This document shows positions 29,349 to 37,442 of a stretch of DNA of 64,000 bases, piece after piece (position 1 is the first letter of the stretch; every line of letters starts with the position of its first letter). Below the pieces are notes generated by a model. That model did no database searches. It was not told the DNA's origin and worked only from the letters and a program-made list of their open reading frames with translations. The position numbers and the translations under genes were made by a program. This DNA is from Syntrophales bacterium. GTDB taxonomy: Bacteria > Desulfobacterota > Syntrophia > Syntrophales > UBA2210. The stretch is taken from positions 1,600,001 through 1,664,000 of the forward strand of contig CAXXKT010000001.1 in assembly GCA_963662405.2 (NCBI GenBank). The letters run 5' to 3'.

Positions 29349-30893
29349 ATGAAATTTCAAGAACTTCTCGAAGATTATGCCCAGAAGAAGGAAAAGGCCC
29401 TTGGACAGGGGGGACCGGAAAAGATCAAAAAACAACATGACCGCGGCGCTCTCACTGCCCGTGAACGGGTGGCAACGATCCTGGATAAAGACTCCTTTAT
29501 GGAGTGGGGCCTCTTTGCAACCTCAGACAGACCCGGGATGGAAGACAAGACGCCTGCAGACGGAGTTGTGATGGGTTACGGTACCATCAATGATCGACGG
29601 GTAGGAGTGGTCGCCAATGATTTTACGGTGCTTGCATCCACCAATGCAAGAATCAACCTGAAGAAGAGTATCCAGTTCAAGACCCAGGTAAATAAAAACC
29701 TGGTTCCCCTCATCTGGTTCGGGGAGGCTGGTGGAGCCCGCATGCCCGACGTCCAAGGTTCAAAGGGGATCTGTTCGATAGGGGGAGGAGGTACTGACAC
29801 TCTTCGGGTAGAGTACGGACACATCAGAAACTATCCCTTTATCATGGCCGCCATGGGAGAATGCTACGGTATACCCGATTTTCAAGCCTGTCTTGCCGAT
29901 TTTGTTGTTCAGGTCAAGGGGAGTGCGATCTCAATCTCCGGTCCTCGAGCCCTTTCGAAGGCCATTGGTCAATCTTTTTCCGGAGAAGAACTCGGGGGCT
30001 GGGAGGTCCATGATAAGATCACTGGAATGGCCGACCGGATTGCCGAGAACGAGGGAGAATGTTTCGAAATCATTAAGGAATTCCTCGATTACATGCCGTC
30101 AAATAACCAAGAATTGCCACCGGTTCGTCCGGTACCGGAAGGTTCTGGTGACAACATGAATGGCATCCTTGAGTTTCTGCCGGAAAAGCGCACGCGTACC
30201 TACGATATGCACAAGATTATCGAATGCATCGTTGACGGGGGAAAACTGTTCGAACTGAAACCGAACTTCGGCAAGATGCTCATCACCAGCCTCTGCAGGA
30301 TCAATGGGGAAACCGTCGGCGTTATTGCCAACAACCCGGCCCATAATCTGGGGGCCATGAATACGGATGGTCTTGAAAAGCTTGCCAGTTTCATGTGCCT
30401 GTGTGATTCCTTCAACATTCCTCTCTTGTTCCTCCACGATACACCAGGCCACTGGGTAGGAAAGGAGGCTGAAGAGAAACGGGTGGGAGCCAAGGTGATG
30501 AATGCCCTTCAGGCCCTGTACCAGGTTACGGTCCCGAAGATATCGATTGTGATTCGGAAATCATATGGTCAGGCCGCGGCGAACATGTGCGCTCAAGGCA
30601 GCGGTCCCGATTACTTCGTTGTGTGGCCTACGGCGGAGGTGGGGTTCATGGATCCCACGATAGCCGCAGATGTGGTATTCGGCAAGCTTCCCGAAGAAGA
30701 GCGGAATAAGTTGACCGAGGCCATGGTCCAGGATTGTTCGCCATATCCAATGGCACAGGAATTCTATGCGCAAGACATACTTGATCCGCGTGAAACTCGC
30801 AACTATCTGATCGGTGTGCTAAAAATCATTCGTGATTCGGCAAACAGAGGGATGAGTGAACATCTCTTGTCGGGATGGCCCACCAAGTTTTGA
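29349..30893 (+). CDS. acyl-CoA carboxyl transferase (decarboxylase alpha subunit-like)
   Basis: LTARERV, PADGVV, GGARMP, LCDSFNIPL..LHDTPG, RKSYG, DPRETR. Confidence 0.88.
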   Translation: MKFQELLEDYAQKKEKALGQGGPEKIKKQHDRGALTARERVATILDKDSFMEWGLFATSDRPGMEDKTPADGVVMGYGTINDRRVGVVANDFTVLASTNARINLKKSIQFKTQVNKNLVPLIWFGEAGGARMPDVQGSKGICSIGGGGTDTLRVEYGHIRNYPFIMAAMGECYGIPDFQACLADFVVQVKGSAISISGPRALSKAIGQSFSGEELGGWEVHDKITGMADRIAENEGECFEIIKEFLDYMPSNNQELPPVRPVPEGSGDNMNGILEFLPEKRTRTYDMHKIIECIVDGGKLFELKPNFGKMLITSLCRINGETVGVIANNPAHNLGAMNTDGLEKLASFMCLCDSFNIPLLFLHDTPGHWVGKEAEEKRVGAKVMNALQALYQVTVPKISIVIRKSYGQAAANMCAQGSGPDYFVVWPTAEVGFMDPTIAADVVFGKLPEEERNKLTEAMVQDCSPYPMAQEFYAQDILDPRETRNYLIGVLKIIRDSANRGMSEHLLSGWPTKF

Positions 30894-31042
30894 TAACTGT
30901 TGGTTATCCAAGATATCATGGCGATTATATCGCGGCAAGGGGCTGTTACATAATGTATTTTATTGGCGTATACCTGTAAATAAAAAGAATATCCATGGCT
31001 GGTAGTGGAAGGCTTTAAACAAAATAATCAGGAGGAGTAGAA

Positions 31043-31258
31043 ATGAGCGTAGAGATTACGGCCCCGATGCCGGGGAACATTGTCGAGATTATGGTGAAAG
31101 TCGGCGATACGGTCAGTGAGGGTGATGAGGTGATCATCCTGGAGGCGATGAAGATGGAGAACCCCATCTTTGCCCCGGCGGACGGTGCGGTCAAAGAGAT
31201 CAAGGTCAAGGAAAAGGATGCCGTTGAAGCCGACCAGGTGCTGATGATCCTGGAATAG
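31043..31258 (+). CDS. biotin carboxyl carrier protein
   Basis: APMPG...LEAMKMENPI; AGGAGGAG RBS. Confidence 0.93.
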   Translation: MSVEITAPMPGNIVEIMVKVGDTVSEGDEVIILEAMKMENPIFAPADGAVKEIKVKEKDAVEADQVLMILE

Positions 31259-31267
31259 ATGAAAGGT

Positions 31268-31309
31268 GAGAAGGGATAAGGGGGGTAGGTGCTTCACTTA
31301 TCCCTTCTC
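31268..31309 (+). terminator. 13-bp inverted repeat after the BCCP gene (terminator or mRNA-stability hairpin)
   Basis: GAGAAGGGATAAG...CTTATCCCTTCTC followed by TTGTGTTT. Confidence 0.55.
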
Positions 31310-31373
31310 TTGTGTTTGATCCCGGTAAATCGCCAGAGAACGGTTTATCCGGGCGAGAGGAGTCGATAGTGAT

Positions 31374-31508
31374 ATGATTGACTGGGGATTAGCGATTAAG
31401 ACGGCCTGTGGTGGATTCGGCTTAGTCTTCGGGATACTGGTGCTGCTGTGGGGATCGGTGGAACTGACACGAGTGATTACCAACAAGATTGCCGGAGACA
31501 AGAAATAG
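31374..31508 (+). CDS. Na+-translocating decarboxylase OadG/gamma-delta-type membrane subunit (44 aa)
   Basis: Own translation MIDWGLAIKTACGGFGLVFGILVLLWGSVELTRVITNKIAGDKK; GF..VF..L..L OadG pattern; GAGGAG RBS; directly before the beta subunit. Below the ORF-track cutoff. Confidence 0.75.
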   Translation: MIDWGLAIKTACGGFGLVFGILVLLWGSVELTRVITNKIAGDKK

Positions 31509-31541
31509 ATGCAGTGATGGTGCTGAAGAGGAGGAGCGGAC

Positions 31542-32888
31542 GTGTTATTCGGATTACTTGAGACGGGATTTCCCCTTTTTTACTGGGGGAATGCCCTGAT
31601 GATCGTGATAGGTCTCGGCTTTATATATCTGGCCATTGCCAAGAAGATGGAGCCCCTTTTGCTAGTTCCGATCGGGTTCGGCATGATACTGGTCAACCTG
31701 CCCCTCGGGGGTATGATGGATTATGAGATGAAGATGAGGGCCCCCCAGGCCGGCACGGTGATGGAGGTGTCGATGCGGGAAGGGGATTCCTTCCAGAAGG
31801 GTGGGGTCATCTATAAACTCGACTCGGGGGAGATACGGACCCCCGTCTTCGGGCAGGTTGACAGCCTGAAGATATCCACGGGTCAGCATATCGAGAAGGG
31901 GCAGGTGATTGCCTCTCTCATTACGATGGAACAGACCAACCAGGCGGAGTACTCCACCCGTCCCGTGGGACTCCTTTCCCGGATCTTCCAGTTCGGTGTG
32001 ATGTGGCAGATCCTCCCACCGCTCATGTTTCTGTGCCTTGGCGCGTTGACCGATTTCGGTCCCATGCTCGCCAATCCCCGAACCCTGCTGTTGGGGGCTG
32101 CGGCGCAGTTCGGTGTCTATCTGGCATTCTTCCTGTCCCTGATCTGCGGCTTCAGCATGACGGAGGCGGCATCCATCGGGATCATTGGGGGGGCCGAAGG
32201 GCCCACCACCATCTATGTCACGTCACTCCTTGCCCCACATATCATCGGGGCTACGGCCGTCGCCTGTTATTCCTACATGGCGCTGGTCCCCATTATTCTT
32301 CCCCCGGTGATACGGCTCCTGACCACGAAGAAGGAGCGGCAGATCTACATGAAACCGTCTCTCCGAAAGGTATCGAAACTGGAGAAGATCCTCTTTCCAC
32401 TGATAACAACCATTATCGTCATCCTGATTATTCCCTCATCCGCGCCCCTCATGGGATGTTTCATGGTGGGGAACCTCTTCAAGGAGTGCGGCGTCACGGA
32501 TCGACTCAACAAGACGGCTCAGACGACCTTTGTTGACATCATTACGATTTTTCTGACTCTTGCCATCGGTGCGTCAATGCCGGCGCAGAACTTTCTGCAG
32601 CCCCGGACGCTCCTGATCCTCATCCTGGGTGTCATCTCCTTTGCCAGTGCGGCGGCGGCGGGGGTTATCCTTGCGAAGGTCATGAACCTGTTCCTGAAGG
32701 AGAAGATCAACCCGATGATCGGGGCCGCCGGTGTCTCAGCCGTCCCCATGTCGGCACGGGTTGTTCAGGTGATGGGGCAGAAGGAGAACAAGCAGAACTA
32801 TCTCTTGATGCACGCGATGGGGCCCAATGTGGCCGGGGCCATCGGCGCGGCTATTGCCGGTGGTGTATTCCTGGGAATACTGGGATAA
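31542..32888 (+). CDS. Na+-translocating decarboxylase beta subunit (OadB/GcdB/MmdB family)
   Basis: EPLLLVPIGFG, GALTDFGP, GAAAQFG, IGIIGGAEGPT, GAAGVSAVPMSARV, HAMGPNVAG. Confidence 0.93.
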   Translation: MLFGLLETGFPLFYWGNALMIVIGLGFIYLAIAKKMEPLLLVPIGFGMILVNLPLGGMMDYEMKMRAPQAGTVMEVSMREGDSFQKGGVIYKLDSGEIRTPVFGQVDSLKISTGQHIEKGQVIASLITMEQTNQAEYSTRPVGLLSRIFQFGVMWQILPPLMFLCLGALTDFGPMLANPRTLLLGAAAQFGVYLAFFLSLICGFSMTEAASIGIIGGAEGPTTIYVTSLLAPHIIGATAVACYSYMALVPIILPPVIRLLTTKKERQIYMKPSLRKVSKLEKILFPLITTIIVILIIPSSAPLMGCFMVGNLFKECGVTDRLNKTAQTTFVDIITIFLTLAIGASMPAQNFLQPRTLLILILGVISFASAAAAGVILAKVMNLFLKEKINPMIGAAGVSAVPMSARVVQVMGQKENKQNYLLMHAMGPNVAGAIGAAIAGGVFLGILG

Positions 32889-33006
32889 AAGCAATTACAA
32901 TTCCCTAGAATATTGCTCTATAAACCGATCGGTTACCATGGTCCATTGTTTTTTGTTCATTCAACTATTTCCTGAAATGCAATATCTGGAATGAATAGGT
33001 GCAAAT

Positions 33007-33086
33007 GCAGAATTGATAGACGCACCAGGTTTAGGATCTTATAGGCGTACGCCTGTCCGGGTTCAAATCCCGGCTTCGGCACCATT
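33007..33086 (+). pseudogene. degenerate tRNA-Leu copy containing direct-repeat copy 2 (attR-like, 33044-33086)
   Basis: 3' 43 bp identical to tRNA-Leu; the preceding 37 bp align without gaps to the tRNA 5' half with 9 mismatches; the 5' acceptor strand is lost. Confidence 0.85.
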
Positions 33087-33093
33087 CATATGC

Positions 33094-33126
33094 AAAGGGG
33101 TCGGCTTCAAGCCGGCCCTTTTTTTT
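33094..33126 (+). terminator. intrinsic terminator (likely the original tRNA-Leu terminator)
   Basis: AAAGGGGTCGGC-TTCAA-GCCGGCCC-T8. Confidence 0.8.
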
Positions 33127-33327
33127 GCCCGGGTTCGGATGGGGATGCAACATGTTAAGAACAAATATTTTGTTCCTGCCGTCACAGCTGCGAGTCTTAC
33201 CTCTGTGATTTTTCCCCTCGGATGAATACGGGGCTGGACGCAGTTTCCTGTTGAATAGCGAAGTAGTTTCTGTTAGTTAATATTACATGTTAATTGATAG
33301 CTGACCGCGTGGTGTGAAAGGAGGGTT

Positions 33328-33807
33328 ATGCGTTGCCTTGGTGTTATTACCTTTATTCTTATCCTGTCTTCCCTCCTGCCTTTTTCGCATCTGCGCGCGG
33401 GAGAGCTGTACCTGTGGACAGATACCGACGGAGTAATACATATCACGGATACTCGCCGCGCTTTGCCTCACGGCGATGATGTGGAAACGATCCGTTATCG
33501 TGAGGAAAACGATGAACGGAGGGGACAACCGAACCGGACAGGGGATGTTCCTGAAGAAAAAAGTGCGATAAACAGCCTCACGGATGACCAGGTATCCAGA
33601 GCCAAAGAGACATTGAGGCAAGAAAAATGGGAAAGTGAGTTAAAACGCGCCAGAGAAGAATACGAGCAGGCGAAGGTGCTGGTGGAGAAACGAAGGCGTT
33701 ACCATATTCGTCAGTCCGATAAGCACAGTAGAGACAGATATGAACATGCCCTTACACAACTTGCCGAGAAACGGGAACAGGTCAGGGCTTTGCAGAAGAA
33801 ACGGTAA
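33328..33807 (+). CDS. DUF4124-type exported protein with coiled coil
   Basis: Signal peptide then LYLWTDTDGVIHITD. Confidence 0.75.
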   Translation: MRCLGVITFILILSSLLPFSHLRAGELYLWTDTDGVIHITDTRRALPHGDDVETIRYREENDERRGQPNRTGDVPEEKSAINSLTDDQVSRAKETLRQEKWESELKRAREEYEQAKVLVEKRRRYHIRQSDKHSRDRYEHALTQLAEKREQVRALQKKR

Positions 33808-33858
33808 GAGATGACAATCGTTTAAACTATGAATAAAAATTCGAAGGAGGATTTATTC

Positions 33859-34662
33859 ATGAACAGAAGAATGTGGTTGCTTGTCGCGTGTGTCTTGGGA
33901 GCCCTTTTTATGACTACCGGTTGCATGGAACAATTCGTCCAACCTACCGCCAAGACGGATACGGGAGAGGAGATGCAGCTTCCACCATACAGTGGCCCCA
34001 AGGCAAAAGTCGCGGTCGCCAACTTTGAGTGGAAGGTTGGAGGAAGCAGCAGCACGACGACTATTTCGGGCATGGGACAGGACGTCTCTATCTCTCACTC
34101 CAGAAACGCGGGGTACGCTCAGGGGCTGCGGGATATGCTGACCACCGCCATGGTCCAAAGTAAGCGGTACCGTGTCCTGGAACGACAGAATCTCGGTGCC
34201 CTGAAACAGGAAATGTCGCTCGGCCAACAGGGCTACGCGGACAAGAGCGGTGTCAAGAAGGGCGGCATCAAAGGTGCCGATCTCCTGATCATGGGGGCAG
34301 TTACGGGTTGGGATCCCGCGACATCCGGGACCGGGGGCGGTATCGGTGGTGGCGGTCTTCTGGGTTCGGCAACAGCCATCGTGGGTGGTCTGAAGGGTGC
34401 CTTTAAAAAATCGTCAATGGCTATGGACATACGCATCGTTGATACCCGGACGTCGGAGGTGTTGGCAGCCACTCGTGTCGAGGGAGAAGCAAAGGATGTC
34501 AATCTCGGTGGTTTTCTTGGAGGTTTCGGTGGTGGCGGCGGCATGGTGGGCGGCCTGGGCGGTTTTGCCAAGACTCCCATGGAGAAGGCGATACGAACCT
34601 GCTTATATAATGCCGTGAAATATATCGCTGAGAACACCCCGAAAGAATATATGAAGTATTGA
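33859..34662 (+). CDS. CsgG/HfaB-family lipoprotein
   Basis: Lipobox TTGC; DMLTTAMVQSKRYRVLERQNL, GADLLIMGAVT, DIRIVDTRTSEV. Confidence 0.85.
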   Translation: MNRRMWLLVACVLGALFMTTGCMEQFVQPTAKTDTGEEMQLPPYSGPKAKVAVANFEWKVGGSSSTTTISGMGQDVSISHSRNAGYAQGLRDMLTTAMVQSKRYRVLERQNLGALKQEMSLGQQGYADKSGVKKGGIKGADLLIMGAVTGWDPATSGTGGGIGGGGLLGSATAIVGGLKGAFKKSSMAMDIRIVDTRTSEVLAATRVEGEAKDVNLGGFLGGFGGGGGMVGGLGGFAKTPMEKAIRTCLYNAVKYIAENTPKEYMKY

Positions 34663-34680
34663 TCTGATCCGATAATCAAT

Positions 34681-34731
34681 AACCCCGCGGCATGTGAGAT
34701 GACCGCACGGTTGTTTCTCTGCCGCGGGTTT
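34681..34731. terminator. hairpin between convergent genes
   Basis: AACCCCGCGGCA...TGCCGCGGGTT inverted repeat. Confidence 0.5.
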
Positions 34732-35271
34732 CTATTTGACCAGCCGGGAGATTTCCCTGAACCGGGTGGACCCGGCTCTCTTCATCATTTCGAAGAGGAC
34801 CATTTCCACGCTGGTTATTTTTGCCCCTTCATCTTTCATTCGTTCGATACCGACGGACCGGTTCTCTCCCGTTCGTGATGAAATGCAATCCGTGACGATG
34901 TGCACGTTGTATCCCCTGCGGATCAGGTCGGCCGTCGTCTGATAGACACAGACATGCGATTCGATGCCGGTCATGAGAATCTCTTTTCGCTTTATCTCCT
35001 CCAGTTCTCTCATGAAGCGGTCCTCCCCGCAGCAGCTGAAACTCGATTTGGGGATGGGGGTGACGTTTCCCAGCAGGGAGGATATCTCGGAGATCGTACC
35101 CCCCAGTTTCTCCGGGACCTGTTCCGTTACGAGTATCGGGATACCCAATAACTCCGTTCCCTTGATGACCTTTCGCAGATTGTCGAGCAGGGCATCTTTT
35201 CCATGCATGACTCGTGCGAGACTTTCTTGGATATCGACCACGAGCAGCAGGCTGTTTTCTATCGTTAACAT
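34732..35271 (-). CDS. isochorismatase-family cysteine hydrolase
   Basis: VDIQE, TEQVPEKLG, KSSFSC, GIESHVCVYQT. Confidence 0.9.
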   Translation of the reverse strand: MLTIENSLLLVVDIQESLARVMHGKDALLDNLRKVIKGTELLGIPILVTEQVPEKLGGTISEISSLLGNVTPIPKSSFSCCGEDRFMRELEEIKRKEILMTGIESHVCVYQTTADLIRRGYNVHIVTDCISSRTGENRSVGIERMKDEGAKITSVEMVLFEMMKRAGSTRFREISRLVK

Positions 35272-35334
35272 GTGCCAGTCATTCCCCCCCCGCTCTTCGC
35301 CATATTTCTCGGCGGCGGCGGTTCACGCAGGGTA

Positions 35335-35598
35335 TTAGAGGACGATTTCGATCGCCGGGTCTTCGCGCAGTTGGTTATAGACCCCTGTACGGTGCCTCTC
35401 ATCAACAACCATCACTTCAAGGTTCAAACAGTGGTATTTACCCGTTCTACTGGTATTGGACGGTGTGATCGTGCAGGCGCAGTCCCGGACAATTTTCCCT
35501 ATGGCCTCTTCCATTGCCTTTTCGTCAGGGCCGATTACTTTATAGATCCACCGGCAGGGATATTCCATGACGGGCCTTGGGCCGTTTTCGGTGATCAT
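35335..35598 (-). CDS. DUF493/YbeD-like protein
   Basis: EYPCRWIYKVIG and SRTGKY motifs. Confidence 0.8.
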   Translation of the reverse strand: MITENGPRPVMEYPCRWIYKVIGPDEKAMEEAIGKIVRDCACTITPSNTSRTGKYHCLNLEVMVVDERHRTGVYNQLREDPAIEIVL

Positions 35599-35630
35599 TC
35601 TTTTTTGCACCTCTTTCCCCGGTCGAGCAG

Positions 35631-36731
35631 TCAGTATCGAAAAATAGCGGCGAGGGGGGCATCGTTCGGCATTTCTCCCGGTTTGGTCGGATATACGGTG
35701 CCTCCATTCAGGATCGTCTGTATGGCCGCCAGATCAAGAAGGTCTTCATTGCCGGTCTTGGCCTTTGAGGTCAGCCTGACCGTATCGGTGGTCGGATCGA
35801 ACGTTCCCCATCGCTGAATTCCCACTGGGACGAATAGGATGCCAATACGTCCGTGGAAGGCTCCCCGGACGATCTCTTCGATGTTTTCGGATGTCAGGCC
35901 GGTCCCGGTATTTTGTCGGTACTGTGCCACCGCTTCGGTCTTTTTTGTCTTGGAGACCCTTTCCATGATTGGCCATGCGAGTTCGCTCAACCGCTCGGCA
36001 CTCAGCCCTTCCGGATTACCCGATATCGACGTGTCCAAGAGATGAGCGTAGGTGTTCGCCTCTTTGTATATGGGGAACAGATAGTCCACCCCGGCAAAGA
36101 TGAGGGGCGACTTGTGGTCTCTCAATAGTTCCCGCAGCCCTTTGTCGACGAGCTGAAAGTATTGTAAAATTTTGGCTTTTACATCTTCTGTGCCGGTATG
36201 ACGCTGGAGACGTTTTTCGAAGTCATCAAGATTCAGCGCTTCGTCAAGATTTGCGGGGAGGTTCTCAATGCCTGTTTCAACGATCCGTTGCAGTGAGCAC
36301 CGCACAAACCGGATTTCATTCTGGCTGATTGCGAGGATGGAAAATTCGGCATCTGAGATTAGGACCGGTATCAAAGGTTTCACGTGAAAGCGATCGGTTA
36401 CCACTACCAGTTCCTCGAAGGGTTGCGACAGCCGATAAAAGGTGAACCATTCCGATGACAGGAACAGGGCAAGCCCGTCGCTCTGAGAACTCCAAAAGGG
36501 TACATCTCCCGCCAGTTCCTGCGCCGGTGCGAGCATCTCCTTTATCTCCGAGGGACGCAGATCGCCGCTGGCGAGGAGGCGTTCCTCGGCGCTTCTGAGC
36601 AGATTTTTGTACCGTATCTGATTCTGCTGAATTTCAGGTCCCTTTCTAATCGTAGGCATATAGAGGGAAACACAAATTCCAAGCTGTTGATGCATCAAAG
36701 ACTTGAGTTCGTTTCCGGATAGTATGTCCAT
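35631..36731 (-). CDS. bacterial archaeo-eukaryotic release-factor-like protein (baeRF3/7; Balon-like)
   Basis: CVSLYMPT, IRYKNLL, GLALF, FHVKPL, PLIFAG, GNPE, GRIGILFV, DLLDLAA..TILNGGTVY, AAIFRY C-terminus. Confidence 0.75.
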   Translation of the reverse strand: MDILSGNELKSLMHQQLGICVSLYMPTIRKGPEIQQNQIRYKNLLRSAEERLLASGDLRPSEIKEMLAPAQELAGDVPFWSSQSDGLALFLSSEWFTFYRLSQPFEELVVVTDRFHVKPLIPVLISDAEFSILAISQNEIRFVRCSLQRIVETGIENLPANLDEALNLDDFEKRLQRHTGTEDVKAKILQYFQLVDKGLRELLRDHKSPLIFAGVDYLFPIYKEANTYAHLLDTSISGNPEGLSAERLSELAWPIMERVSKTKKTEAVAQYRQNTGTGLTSENIEEIVRGAFHGRIGILFVPVGIQRWGTFDPTTDTVRLTSKAKTGNEDLLDLAAIQTILNGGTVYPTKPGEMPNDAPLAAIFRY

Positions 36732-36762
36732 ACGATCAATCTCCTTTCGTTAAACAGGATTT

Positions 36763-37431
36763 CTAAGGTTTTTTTACGACGGTGGGAAGCCATCGGCAGA
36801 TTGGAGACAGGTACCGCGCCACCTGCCCTTTTCGGGGTATCATGAAGATGAAACACTTTTTCTGATCGGGAACTATCGCAATATGTCTGGTAATGCCGGG
36901 GTCGGGATTTCTGGTGATGAAATCCATGAGGCGAGAGCGTGTCTCAATAGTCTCATAGTACACGTGGAACGTGTGGTCCCCCCACGTTGTCGTTTCCCGG
37001 TTCAGGCGCTCCGGGTGGGTGATCTTTGCCCCGGCGAACCGGGAATACTGTTTTTCTATGAGGTGACATTCTTCCTCCGGTTTGTTCTTGACGTACAGCT
37101 CTATGAATAACCGGTCGTACTTTCTGATCAGTTTTGAAAATGGGAGATACAGCCATGAATGCCGGGGGAGCATGGTGATGGTGGCATCGACGCGCGACAG
37201 GAACGCCCCCTTCTTTCTGATGAAGAGATTGGCATGGTAGCCGATGGCCCCCCCGATATTCGTAAAGGTCTGATCGTCGGGGTGAAACACCTCCATGAGG
37301 TCGTTAAAGGCACTGAGAAAAAGCTCCTTGTTTTGTCTTCTTCCCCAGAAGTAACCGAATGTGAGGAGAAAGGAAAACGCGACAAAGAGAAAAAAGACAG
37401 GTTGTGTTAAAATGTGTTCGTATTTGAACAT
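36763..37431 (-). CDS. N-terminally anchored membrane protein (CCDC47/DUF1682-like by eye)
   Basis: TM followed by YFWGRRQNKEL...FN, later LPRHSWLY...DRLFIEL; immediately follows the ATPase gene. Confidence 0.6.
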   Translation of the reverse strand: MFKYEHILTQPVFFLFVAFSFLLTFGYFWGRRQNKELFLSAFNDLMEVFHPDDQTFTNIGGAIGYHANLFIRKKGAFLSRVDATITMLPRHSWLYLPFSKLIRKYDRLFIELYVKNKPEEECHLIEKQYSRFAGAKITHPERLNRETTTWGDHTFHVYYETIETRSRLMDFITRNPDPGITRHIAIVPDQKKCFIFMIPRKGQVARYLSPICRWLPTVVKKP

Positions 37432-37442
37432 AGAATCAATGG

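Larger units (their letters stand above)
19047..33086. mobile_element. decayed ~14 kb genomic island integrated at tRNA-Leu(CAG)
   Basis: Flanking 43-bp tRNA 3' repeats, integrase remnant next to the tRNA, IS200 remnant, AT-richer stretches and several pseudogene fragments. Confidence 0.85.

Noticed and set aside
33007..33086. Second functional tRNA-Leu
   Set aside because: The 5' acceptor strand is missing, the D-loop GG is mutated and the anticodon stem is mispaired.
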